A stretch of DNA of 63,558 nt, filler included, from Candidatus Tectimicrobiota bacterium (lineage in GTDB: Bacteria > JACPSX01): NCBI GenBank assembly GCA_016193065.1. It is 9 parts of 9 records of this genome, joined end to end, with 100 filler letters (N's around TTAATTAATTAA, not from the genome) between each part and the next. Parts side by side here need not be neighbours in the genome. Positions count along the whole stretch, not along the records: positions 9,775 to 21,757 come from JACPSX010000187.1; 8 more parts are not named here. One strand, given 5' to 3'. Below the pieces are notes generated by a model, which was given only the letters and a program-made list of their open reading frames with translations, did not search any database and had not been told where the DNA came from. Of this stretch, positions 10,818 through 19,690 are shown piece after piece (within the stretch, counting starts at the first letter, position 1; each line of letters starts with the position of its first letter). The translations under genes and the position numbers were made by a program.

Positions 10818-11608
10818 GGCACCCTCCTTTTCTGAAAAGGCAAGATCACCTTTGACTCTTCTTTCAGCCAATTACTGAGTTACGCATACATAGAAGTCCC
10901 TCCAGCTTTGTGCGATCCTGGGGGCCTGAGGCCACCAGAAAGTCTCCCAGCTTAGAAACGCCACTTCTTTATGTTCAATGTGCTCTTTCGGGCTCTCGTT
11001 CGATTTGCAGCCCTGAATTTCCGGGTCTCTGCCTGCTCGTCCGATCAAAATCAGAGACCATCAGCAATGCTCAGTACCGGCTAGAGTTCTGGCAAAGCCG
11101 CGGTTAATACACCCTCAGATCCGGATTTCGGTGGGCTATATACCGACCAATTGTGGGTTAGGAACTCGATTAGAAGGAGCTGGACGTTCCACAAAAGGGA
11201 GTTCAGCATCAATTGCCCACCCAGAAAACGCTGCCACCGGCAACCTTTTTTCTACAGGTCGAGCCTCCTTATCTGATGTGAACGATCCCCCTCGCTTCAG
11301 TCCCTGAATTACTTTGAACGGAGTTGGGATATTTGAATTGGTTCTAATTTAGTACTAAGCTTTCCGATCTGTCAACAGAATCCCACGTGCAAACAGCAAA
11401 AGAAATGCCTTTCGAACGGTCATTCATCTACTCAGTAGCCTGGAAAATTTCCGCTGGCCAGGAAACGGATATTTTGTTGCCCGGCCCTCGCTTCGTAAGG
11501 GGTCAAAGCGTCAGGCTCCAGAGAAGCGAAAGTAAAGATCTTCTCCGGGACAGTCCAGTGGGTTGGGCTGATCTTCGGCATTATGCCGAAAGGGATAGGG
11601 AGATGCGC

Positions 11609-11707
11609 TCAGCGGACTGCCTCTTCCAAATTCCGGCGGGCTTCCTCGGGGGCTTCGCCACAGCTCATGACATCCAGAGGATGAGCATGAACAACACGGG
11701 TACTGCC
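11609..11707 (-). pseudogene. HicB-family antitoxin remnant
   Basis: Translates to VVHAHPLDVMSCGEAPEEARRNLEEAVR*, matching the HicB core pattern; no start codon, early stop. Confidence 0.6.
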
Positions 11708-11787
11708 GAGGAGAGCCAGGTCTCCTCGGGCTTGATAAAATATTACGGATGTGCTATTCATATAATATCAAGCAAGGAGGGAAGCCC

Positions 11788-11985
11788 GTGCCCATCAAGA
11801 AGCGCACCAGTGTTCTCCTAGACGGGAATTTGTTGAAGAAAGCCCGCAAAAGCCTGAAAACCTCTACGAATACGGAAGCGATTACCAGAGCCCTGCAGGA
11901 AGCTGTCCGCACTCGAGAGATTCAAGCAACTCTAAGAGACCTGATCCGGAAAGGCCGGGGCCGCTTCGTGGACATTCCCAGGTAG
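11788..11985 (+). CDS. vapB: VapB-type antitoxin (RHH/DUF2191-like)
   Basis: KRTSVLLDGNLLKKARKSL...TNTEAITRAL; AGGAGG before GTG; directly upstream of a PIN gene. Confidence 0.8.
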   Translation: MPIKKRTSVLLDGNLLKKARKSLKTSTNTEAITRALQEAVRTREIQATLRDLIRKGRGRFVDIPR

Positions 11986-11990
11986 CGCTT

Positions 11991-12419
11991 GTGCTCATTC
12001 TCCTCGACACGAACGTCTATCTGACTGCCATGAGGTCCGAGGAGGGGGCGAGATCTTTTGAACGTGCCTTCCTCCCTGTCGTGTTTCGGACGTATCTCTC
12101 CAGCATCGTTGCTGAGGAACTCTACGCCGGGGCTCTGGATGCGGGCGCGGTGCGCTTGGTGGAACGCTATGTGGGGGTACTGGAAAGAGCCGGCCGAGTG
12201 GTGACGCCGACGTTTCGGGACTGGAAAGAAGCCGGCAAACTGGTTGCTCGGATCACCCGTAAAGAACCCGGTCGCAAACCCAAGATCCAACAGATGGTAA
12301 ACGACATCCTCCTGGCGTTGAGTGCTCGGCGCATCGGCGCCCACCTGTTCACCTTCAACCGAGACGACTTCGAGCTGATCCACCGTCACAAGACGTTCTC
12401 GCTCAAGGTGCTGAGATGA
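11991..12419 (+). CDS. vapC: VapC PIN-domain toxin
   Basis: LLDTNV, EELYAG, NDILLALSA, TFNRDDF. Confidence 0.92.
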   Translation: MLILLDTNVYLTAMRSEEGARSFERAFLPVVFRTYLSSIVAEELYAGALDAGAVRLVERYVGVLERAGRVVTPTFRDWKEAGKLVARITRKEPGRKPKIQQMVNDILLALSARRIGAHLFTFNRDDFELIHRHKTFSLKVLR

Positions 12420-12483
12420 GGACTGCCGGCACGTCCCANNNNNNNNNNNNNNNNNNNNNNNNNNNNNNNNCCGCAAATTCAAC

Positions 12484-12512
12484 TTGACACAAAATCGGGG
12501 AAAATGTTATAG
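12484..12512 (+). promoter_or_regulatory. Putative sigma70 promoter of cspA, giving a ~145-nt 5' UTR
   Basis: TTGACA followed by TGTTATAG; long leaders are typical of csp genes. Confidence 0.6.
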
Positions 12513-12659
12513 CCAGCAACGGAATGGAAATCCCCTGTCCAAATCAAGCGCCCTAAGAGAAATGAAAATGACAAAGCACCGCCATGTGCTTTGACGTTCT
12601 TCGTGTGGCCACGGGAGGCCGCCGGCACAGGGGAGTCACGCAGGAGAAGGAGGAAGTGC

Positions 12660-12860
12660 ATGCCGAAGGGCAAAGTCAAGTGGTTCAATGACTCCAAGGG
12701 ATACGGATTCATTGAGCAGGAAAACGGAGAAGACGTTTTTGTGCACTACTCTGCCATCCAGGGGGACGGATTTAAATCCCTCACCCAGGGCCAGGATGTG
12801 GAGTTCGAGGTCACCCAGGGGCCCAAGGGGCTTCAGGCTAGCCGGGTGACAAAGGCCTAA
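12660..12860 (+). CDS. cspA: Cold-shock protein
   Basis: [15 protein letters not shown] and [11 protein letters not shown] motifs; 66 aa. Confidence 0.97.
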   Translation: MPKGKVKWFNDSKGYGFIEQENGEDVFVHYSAIQGDGFKSLTQGQDVEFEVTQGPKGLQASRVTKA

Positions 12861-12869
12861 TTCCTTCTC

Positions 12870-13541
12870 TCACTCCCCCACCTCGTTGAGGAGCGCGCGG
12901 ATCACCCTCCAGGGGAGGTCTCCTTCTCTCAGGAGGAGGGGGTCTTTCGCACTGACATCCACGACCGTGGATCCCCGGCTGGGAGGGAGTTCGCCGCCGT
13001 CCAGGTACAGGTCTGCCCCTTCCCCCAAACTGCGCAGGATGGAATCAACATCTCCGGGACAAGGTTCTCCGGAACGGTTCGCGCTTGTGGCAACCAGGGG
13101 AACACCCAACTGCCGCACCAGACCTTGAGCCACGGGGGACCTGGAAATGCGCAGGCCAATCGTTCCCGCGTGACTTACCAGATGGGCAGGAGCACCCGTC
13201 GAGGCCCGGTAAATAAGGGTTAGAGGACCCGGCCAGAAGGCTCTCTGCAAGACCAGGGCTGATTCAGGCACTTCTCCCACCAGGCCCGCGAGCCAGGTTT
13301 CATCGGCTATCAGAAGGGGGAAACTCTTTTCCGCAGACCGCCCCTTGAGCGCCATCACGCGCTCGACGGCGGCCCGCTCCGATCCGGCGCAGCCCAGGCC
13401 ATACAGCGTGTCCGTAGGGTAAATGACCACACCCCCACGCCGGGCGCACTGGGCCGCTTCCTCCAGAAGGGCCGGATTTGGGGAAGAGAGGTCAAGGGAA
13501 ATTCGTTTCAGTGGTTGGCCAGCGCGGCGGAGGGAACTCAT
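12870..13541 (-). CDS. tsaC: L-threonylcarbamoyladenylate synthase (TsaC/Sua5)
   Basis: YPTDTLYGL, KGR, FWPGPLT, ATSANRSG, GSTVVD. Confidence 0.93.
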   Translation of the reverse strand: MSSLRRAGQPLKRISLDLSSPNPALLEEAAQCARRGGVVIYPTDTLYGLGCAGSERAAVERVMALKGRSAEKSFPLLIADETWLAGLVGEVPESALVLQRAFWPGPLTLIYRASTGAPAHLVSHAGTIGLRISRSPVAQGLVRQLGVPLVATSANRSGEPCPGDVDSILRSLGEGADLYLDGGELPPSRGSTVVDVSAKDPLLLREGDLPWRVIRALLNEVGE

Positions 13542-13555
13542 GACGGCTCCTTCAA

Positions 13556-14062
13556 TTAACCGCCCCGTTTCCCTTTCAGCTTGCGGTCTGCTTCCTCCAC
13601 ACCCTGACTCATTTTCTGTTTGAAGTCCCGCAGTTTTTGAGACAGATCGGGATCCGAGAGGGCGAGGATCTGGACGGCCAGGATGCCTGCGTTGCGGGCT
13701 CCGCTTTTTCCCACGGCCATCGTGGCCACCGGAGTCCCCCGGGGCATCTGAACCGTGGCCAGGAGAGCATCAAAGCCCTGCAGGGGGGAAGAATCGATGG
13801 GGACCCCAATGACCGGAAGGATGGTCTCCGCTGCCAAGACCCCGGCCAGGTGGGCGGCCCCTCCGGCGCCGGCAATGAGCACCTGCACCCCTCGCTCGGC
13901 GGCCCGCCGCGCATACTCACTCGTGCGGGCGGGAGAGCGGTGGGCGGAACTGACCGTCAGCTCGTACGGAACTCCGAACTCGTCGAGAGCCTTGAGGCAC
14001 TCCTCCATGATCTCTTGATCCGAAGTACTGCCCATGACAACCCCGACTTTAGGCCCGGCCAT
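13556..14062 (-). CDS. purE: N5-CAIR mutase PurE
   Basis: GVVMGSTSD, SAHRSP, AGGAAHLAG, QMPRGTPVATM. Confidence 0.97.
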   Translation of the reverse strand: MAGPKVGVVMGSTSDQEIMEECLKALDEFGVPYELTVSSAHRSPARTSEYARRAAERGVQVLIAGAGGAAHLAGVLAAETILPVIGVPIDSSPLQGFDALLATVQMPRGTPVATMAVGKSGARNAGILAVQILALSDPDLSQKLRDFKQKMSQGVEEADRKLKGKRGG

Positions 14063-14471
14063 CCGCTCCCTCCCCATTGTTTCCCTCCAACAGGACGGTG
14101 GCGACAGCGACCCCCTTGGTGTGGGAGAGGCTAAGGAAGATTTTGCGAACTCCAAGGCGCTCGGAAATCTCCCGCGTGCGTCCTTGAAGCTCGATCGTGG
14201 GGGGCCCCCCGGGCTTGCGGACCACCTGCACTTCCTTCCAGCGCACCCCCTGGCGAAGTCCGGTTCCCAGGGCCTTGAAAACCGCCTCTTTGGCGGCAAA
14301 CCGCCCGGCAAAGGAGGGGTAAGGATCCCTCTTCCTCTGGCAATAGCGGATCTCTCCTTCCGTGTAGATCCGGTTCAAAAAGCGCTCGCGCCATTCCTGA
14401 ATGACCCCGGCGATCCGCTCCACCTCGACCATGTCGACCCCAATGCCGACGGCCCCTGCCGGTCTTTTCAT
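14049..14471 (-). CDS. acpS: Holo-ACP synthase
   Basis: GIGVDMVE, GRFAAKEA, SLSH. Confidence 0.95.
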   Translation of the reverse strand: MKRPAGAVGIGVDMVEVERIAGVIQEWRERFLNRIYTEGEIRYCQRKRDPYPSFAGRFAAKEAVFKALGTGLRQGVRWKEVQVVRKPGGPPTIELQGRTREISERLGVRKIFLSLSHTKGVAVATVLLEGNNGEGADGRA

Positions 14472-15557
14472 CTATCGCTCCCGCCCGATCCGGTCGGCCA
14501 CCAGATCGCCCATTTCGTCCGTGGCCACGAGCTTCTTTCCCGGCTCCATGATGTCCACGGTCCGGTAATCCTGGTTCAAAACCCACTCCACGGCCCGCTC
14601 GATCGCCCCGGCCTCTTGCAGCAGATTGAAGGAGTAAGTCAGCATCATGGCCACGGTGAGAATACTCCCCAGGGGATTCGCCTTCCTTTGCCCCGCGATG
14701 TCCGGAGCCGAGCCGTGGACCGGCTCGTAGTAGGCAATGCGACCGGTGCTGATGGACCCAGAGGGGAGCATGCCCAGAGAGCCGGCCAGGACAGCTCCCT
14801 CATCGCTCAGGATATCCCCAAAGGTGTTCTCGGTGACGATGACATCGAAGTCTTGCGGCTGGGTGACCAGCTTCATGGCCCCCACATCCACCAGAACGTG
14901 GTCGAGGGCAACATCCGGGTAGCCCTTGCCCACCCGCTCCACGGTCTCCCGCCACAGCCGGGAGGTTTCCAGGATGTTTGCCTTGTCGATGGAGGTAACC
15001 TTCTTGCGACGCTTGCGGGCGGTCTCGAAGGCCACCCGGGCAATGCGCTCGATCTCCGCCGTGGTGTATTCCATGGTATCGACAGCCCTAAACCCATTCC
15101 CCAGGGAGGTGCGCTCTTTTGGCTTTCCGTAGTAGAGGCCCCCGGTCAGCTCCCGCACCAGGAGAATGTTAATTCCCTGGCGGATCCGCTCGCTCTTTAA
15201 GGGAGAGACCCCGGCCAGGGCGGGATAGACAATAATGGGGCGCAGGTTGGCAAAACAGCCAAACTCCTTGCGGATCCGGAGCAAGGCCTGCTCGGGCCGC
15301 TTGTCCAGGCCCAGTTGGTCCCACTTGGGCCCCCCCACAGCTCCCATGAGAATCGCATCAGAACCGCGGCAGACTTCCATCGTGCCCTCGGGAAGCGGGT
15401 CTCCAAACTCGTCATAGGCACAGCCGCCGATCGGTGCTTCCCGGATCTCAAACCGGTGGCCAAAAGCCTTTTCGATTGCTTTCAACACCTTTAATCCTTC
15501 CCGGATCACTTCGGGGCCAATCCCGTCGCCGGGAAGCACGGCAATGACTGGGCTCAT
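14472..15557 (-). CDS. leuB: 3-isopropylmalate dehydrogenase
   Basis: LPGDGIGPEV, RELTGGLYYG, DKANIL, NTFGDILSDE, EPVHGSAPDIAG. Confidence 0.97.
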   Translation of the reverse strand: MSPVIAVLPGDGIGPEVIREGLKVLKAIEKAFGHRFEIREAPIGGCAYDEFGDPLPEGTMEVCRGSDAILMGAVGGPKWDQLGLDKRPEQALLRIRKEFGCFANLRPIIVYPALAGVSPLKSERIRQGINILLVRELTGGLYYGKPKERTSLGNGFRAVDTMEYTTAEIERIARVAFETARKRRKKVTSIDKANILETSRLWRETVERVGKGYPDVALDHVLVDVGAMKLVTQPQDFDVIVTENTFGDILSDEGAVLAGSLGMLPSGSISTGRIAYYEPVHGSAPDIAGQRKANPLGSILTVAMMLTYSFNLLQEAGAIERAVEWVLNQDYRTVDIMEPGKKLVATDEMGDLVADRIGRER

Positions 15558-15580
15558 GGGAATCAATCCTCTCTGATCTG

Positions 15581-15628
15581 CCCCCCCACCCATCCCTCCC
15601 CCTCAGAGGGGGGAGGAAGGGGAAAGGG
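15581..15628. repeat. REP-like hairpin CCCTCCCCC-loop-GGGGGAGG; related copies near 19638-19684, 39926-39966, 40022-40056, 40126-40164, 41108-41140, 43317-43357 and 44256-44397
   Basis: Recurrent extragenic C-rich/G-rich palindromes with a shared CCCCCACC or CCCTCACCC flank. Confidence 0.8.
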
Positions 15629-15816
15629 AGCCCGGGGAAATGCACGCCTATCTTAGCCCCGATGCGGAAAAAATCAAGGCCCAGACTCTCCAGGGAAAGG
15701 AAGCCTGCACGCAGGCTAAAACGATCAAGGACCCGGTGGGCTCCCGGACGCGGCAAGAACTCCGGCACGCGCCACCAGAAGCCCGAACGGGTCCTTGGAA
15801 AATTGGGAAAATGAAG

Positions 15817-15942
15817 CTAGATCACACGGGACAGGAGGATATCAAACAGGATCAGGATCAAAATGCCAGCAGCCCACATGAGAAGCTTTTGGCGATCAAC
15901 TTTGGGAACGGATTTCTTGATCCTCGCATGTGCAAGCGGCAT
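15817..15942 (-). CDS. 41-aa small ORF (MPLAHARIKKSVPKVDRQKLLMWAAGILILILFDILLSRVI); single-TM protein or leader peptide
   Basis: GAAGGAG RBS 10 nt before ATG; promoter upstream; below the ORF-track size cutoff. Confidence 0.6.
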   Translation of the reverse strand: MPLAHARIKKSVPKVDRQKLLMWAAGILILILFDILLSRVI

Positions 15943-16031
15943 AAACAAAGAACTCCTTCACGACAGCAACGTGACCGAGCACAACCAAATTTTGCCCCCC
16001 TACTCGGAGGGTTCTCCCTACACGGGGGCGG

Positions 16032-16059
16032 ATTCTACCACCCCATGGCAGGGAGTCAA
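16032..16059 (-). promoter_or_regulatory. sigma70 promoter for the small ORF and leuB operon; a divergent promoter (TTGAAC-17-TATAGT) lies at 16086-16114
   Basis: TTGACT-16-TAGAAT with an extended TG on the minus strand. Confidence 0.65.
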
Positions 16060-16159
16060 GAGCTAATTTTTCCATAGAAGGCGGCTTGAACATCTGATGG
16101 ATTTTCACTATAGTGAGATACTTTCAGATTTCTTCTAAGACCTTGCAGGAGGGGGACTT

Positions 16160-16609
16160 ATGAGCGCACAGCGGGAGATTCGGATTGGCCTGGACAATTA
16201 CATGCTGCCGGATTTTTCTCAAAACGGGCACAACCACATTTACCGGGACCGCAAGGGCCGGCCGATTTGCGTGGCCGCCTATGAAGAAGCCGGCCGCGGG
16301 AACTTCGGCGCTTTGAACCCGGACATCCGGGTCGGCCGGGCCATTTATGATAAACTCCACGTCCAGGTGACTCTGTGGCGGAAGAACTGTGAGGACGTTC
16401 CCACCTACATCGTGAACGGAGATCCGGGTCTGGAGATCACCCAGGACATCAACTGGCTTCTCTCCGAGCACCTTGAGGCCTTCGGAAATTGGGAAAAGGT
16501 CACCGTGGAGGCCTTCAAGGACTACATGTTCCGGAACTATCAGGTCACCTACAGCAGCAGGGGGGAGTGGACCCACATCAGCGCTGAGGAGCGGATGGCC
16601 CAGCACTAG
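16160..16609 (+). CDS. Hypothetical protein
   Basis: GGAGG RBS, host-like codon usage, 149 aa; no family recognised. Confidence 0.75.
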   Translation: MSAQREIRIGLDNYMLPDFSQNGHNHIYRDRKGRPICVAAYEEAGRGNFGALNPDIRVGRAIYDKLHVQVTLWRKNCEDVPTYIVNGDPGLEITQDINWLLSEHLEAFGNWEKVTVEAFKDYMFRNYQVTYSSRGEWTHISAEERMAQH

Positions 16610-16636
16610 CCATCTACAAGGGACCGCCAAGCGATC

Positions 16637-17026
16637 ATGAGCAAAAAATTTTTTACCGTGGAGGAAGCGAACGGGCTTCTTCCCAATCTGATCCCGATTC
16701 TTGAGGAGCTCAAGAACGTGGAGAAGTCCCTGAGGAAAACCCGGAAAGTTGCCACCGCTCTGGCTCAAAAGGCCGAGGGCAACGGCGGCGGCAAGGAAGG
16801 GAGCCAGCAGCTCCTCCGCCACTACTTCCCCATACAGAGCCTCCTCCAGAGAATCGAAAGCCTCGGCATCTTGGTGAAGAACATCGAGCGCGGGCTCATT
16901 GACTTCCCCTACTGGAAAGAGGGGCGCGAAGTGTGCCTGTGCTGGGAATTTGGGGAAACCCGCATCGGCTATTGGCACGAAGTGGAGGCAGGTTATGAAG
17001 GACGGCAGTCTATTGAGACCCTCTAG
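16637..17026 (+). CDS. DUF2203 family protein
   Basis: FTVEEANGLLP...GLIDFP...LCWEFGETRIGYWH. Confidence 0.88.
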   Translation: MSKKFFTVEEANGLLPNLIPILEELKNVEKSLRKTRKVATALAQKAEGNGGGKEGSQQLLRHYFPIQSLLQRIESLGILVKNIERGLIDFPYWKEGREVCLCWEFGETRIGYWHEVEAGYEGRQSIETL

Positions 17027-17919
17027 CGGTAGAACTCCTCGCGATTGCCGCAGACGATCTCCACGTTCTTGAGTTCCTTATCCCGCAGGATGTTGAGAAC
17101 CACCGTATCCCCGGGCTTCTTTTTCCAGAGCTCACCGTAAAGCTCCGCCCGGCTGGTAACGTCCCGGGAATTGATCCCCAAAATCACATCCCCCTCGCGC
17201 AGCCCGTGGATCTGGGCGGGGCCGTAAGGAACCACGCTGGCCACCACCAGCCCTCCTTCCAGAGGGTGAGCGTAGAATCCAATCCATCCCTGGGCGGACC
17301 GGATGCGCTGCCCCAGGGTCAGGAATTCCTCCCGGTAGTCCAGAAAGTACTCGACCGGGATCACCATGGTCGAGCGCAGAAGCTCATTCAGGTTAAGGGA
17401 AACCACCCCAACCAGGTCCCCCCTCATCGTGAACAGACCCCCTCCGCCAAACCCGGGATTCAGGGCGGTGGTCATGATGGCCCGATCGAGCATGTACTCC
17501 CAGTGGGCATCAAAAGGCCCCAGGTAGGTAACGATGCCTCCGTTCCCCTTGCGGCCTTCACCGCCGGTCCCGGCCACCACGAATACCGGCTGTCCAATCT
17601 CCAGGGTACGGGAGGAAACCATCTCAACGAGAGGAGCAATGGTCAGAGGGATGCGCAGGAGCGCAATGCCGCTCTCAAAGTCCTGGGCCACTGTTTCCCC
17701 CGGAAAACTCCTGCCGTCGCTCAAGGTGACCGTTATCTTCTCGGCACCCAAGACCACGTAATTGACGGTCAAAATCAAACCCGAGGAATCAACGAGCGTA
17801 CCCGAACCCAGGCGCTCGGTTCCCAGCGCCCAGACGGAAGGGTGACCCGCAGGAACCTGAACCTGCAGGGAGACAGTGGCCGGCGCGACCTTTTCAATCA
17901 GGGCAACATTCGCGTCCAT
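17023..17919 (-). CDS. S1C (HtrA-like) trypsin-fold plus PDZ protein with a degenerate catalytic triad
   Basis: GSGTLVD, ILTVNYVV in place of TNxHV, NPGFGGG in place of NPGNSGG, C-terminal PDZ (GLREGDVI). Confidence 0.85.
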   Translation of the reverse strand: MDANVALIEKVAPATVSLQVQVPAGHPSVWALGTERLGSGTLVDSSGLILTVNYVVLGAEKITVTLSDGRSFPGETVAQDFESGIALLRIPLTIAPLVEMVSSRTLEIGQPVFVVAGTGGEGRKGNGGIVTYLGPFDAHWEYMLDRAIMTTALNPGFGGGGLFTMRGDLVGVVSLNLNELLRSTMVIPVEYFLDYREEFLTLGQRIRSAQGWIGFYAHPLEGGLVVASVVPYGPAQIHGLREGDVILGINSRDVTSRAELYGELWKKKPGDTVVLNILRDKELKNVEIVCGNREEFYR

Positions 17920-18098
17920 AAGTCCTTCTCTCAGACCTCACTGTACACAGTCTCAGGAAAGGAGACAAGCACGAATCCGGCAGAGAAGACACGCCGCCAG
18001 GAGGGTTTTGCTCCGCACTCATCTGGCCGGCATGGTTGCAAATCCGACCAGCATGTTTGCGTTGATGATATCAGGGATGGGAGAACCTTTCCGCCCGT

Positions 18099-18560
18099 CT
18101 ACAAGTTTGTCCTCGCGGTTGAAAACATTCCAAGATCTGCCGTCCCCAGCGTTACGGGCCGGGGATAACTGACCCGGCTGTGCCGGATCCGGAGCCGCAC
18201 GCACATTTCGGCGATTCCCACGGCAATTCCAATGGGGTCCAGAACAGAAACTCCCATGTCGCGGGCCGCCTCGACTCCGGGATCGGAATTACAATGCACA
18301 ATGGCCGCATCGAATCCCCGCTCTTCCCCCTCCTTGAGCTTCCTCACGATGAAGGGCTCCAGGAAAGTGAAATCCAGGCCCGTGGGACCGCCGCCGGCGC
18401 GGGAACGCGCGTAAAGCTGACCCACTTCCCCGTTTTCCGGACAGACCAGTTCGATGACTGTCCCCGAAGACGCCAGGGATTGCAGATAGGATTGTTCCCG
18501 TTCGATATGGGAGGGCTCATAACACGCTGCGCTGGAAAGCTTGACTACCCAGAGTCGCAT
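18099..18560 (-). pseudogene. Asp/Glu/hydantoin racemase family gene with a large internal in-frame deletion
   Basis: CNSDPGVEAARD is joined directly to the C-terminal GVSVLDP; the second catalytic Cys region is absent; 153 aa is far shorter than the family norm. Confidence 0.7.
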
Positions 18561-18566
18561 GGATTT

Positions 18567-19568
18567 TCAACGCCCGTAGAGCTTATCGATCGCGCCCGAG
18601 CGGTCGATCTCCCGGACAAAACTAAGATCCATGAACTGCTCCGGTTTCGCCGCCGCCGCTTTTGGATTTTTCCCCGCGATCAGGTCAAGCAGAGTCTGGA
18701 ACGCTTTTTCCGTGATGTAGGGTTTATTGGGAATCAGCTTGACGAACCCCTCGTAACTTTCCCGGAGGGCCTCCGCGTCGTTGAGCTTCATGTACTTGCC
18801 CAGGATCTCCACTCCCTGGGTAGGATTTTGCTTGAAGTAAGCAATGCTCTCCACCCAGGCCCGCACGAAGGCCCGCACCACTTCGGGCTTCTCCTTGATG
18901 AAGCTCTTCCGCGAGGCGATTAGAGAATGAGGATATTCCAGTCCCAGGGCCGAGAGATCCGCCAGAAGATTGTAGCCGAGCTTGCGGGCCGTCAGCGTCC
19001 ACGGGGGGGAGATCACGGTCCCCTGAATGCCGCCCGCCTTCATGGCGGCAAAGCGGGTCGATTCTCCGCCGATGACAATCACCGCCACATCCTTCTCGGG
19101 CGTCAAGCCCAGGCGCTGCAGGGCGAAGCGAACCGCGGTGTCCGAGGTCGATCCGAAGGAGCTCACGCCGGCCTTCTTCCCCTTCAGATCCTTGGGTTCC
19201 TTTACCTCCGCGGTGGTGACGAAGCTGTAGGGCATGGTGTTGACATGGCCCGCGACGCTCACCGAATCCGCTCCGGCCAGGTTGGCGTTGATCAGAGCTG
19301 CGCCACTCAAAGTAACAATGTCCATACTCCCGCCGACCAGGGCCTGGATGCTTTTCTGATCCCCCTCGATGAAGGTAAACTCCACATCAATGCCGTTCTT
19401 CTCCAGGAACTTGCCATCCTTCAGGAGCCACACGGGGCCATATCCCCCGTTGACGGCGTTCCAGGCAAAACGCAGGGGGTACCGCCCCTGGGCCTGGCTC
19501 CCGATGGGAATGGCAATCCAGAGAAGCAAGCCCAGGACGATTGCGGTGATTCCAGAGAGTCTCTTCAT
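18567..19568 (-). CDS. ABC transporter substrate-binding protein (NMT1/THI5/SsuA-like)
   Basis: Signal peptide, DLKGKKAGVSSFGSTSD, PEVVRAFVRA. Confidence 0.9.
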   Translation of the reverse strand: MKRLSGITAIVLGLLLWIAIPIGSQAQGRYPLRFAWNAVNGGYGPVWLLKDGKFLEKNGIDVEFTFIEGDQKSIQALVGGSMDIVTLSGAALINANLAGADSVSVAGHVNTMPYSFVTTAEVKEPKDLKGKKAGVSSFGSTSDTAVRFALQRLGLTPEKDVAVIVIGGESTRFAAMKAGGIQGTVISPPWTLTARKLGYNLLADLSALGLEYPHSLIASRKSFIKEKPEVVRAFVRAWVESIAYFKQNPTQGVEILGKYMKLNDAEALRESYEGFVKLIPNKPYITEKAFQTLLDLIAGKNPKAAAAKPEQFMDLSFVREIDRSGAIDKLYGR

Positions 19569-19690
19569 TTCGTTCCCTCCTACCAGAATTCTGGATCAGT
19601 GATCACGGACCGTAGTCCAACCGTGCATCATGAACATCCCCCCCACCCATACCCTCCCCCTCGGGGAGGGGCAGGGAGGGGGTGAACCAG

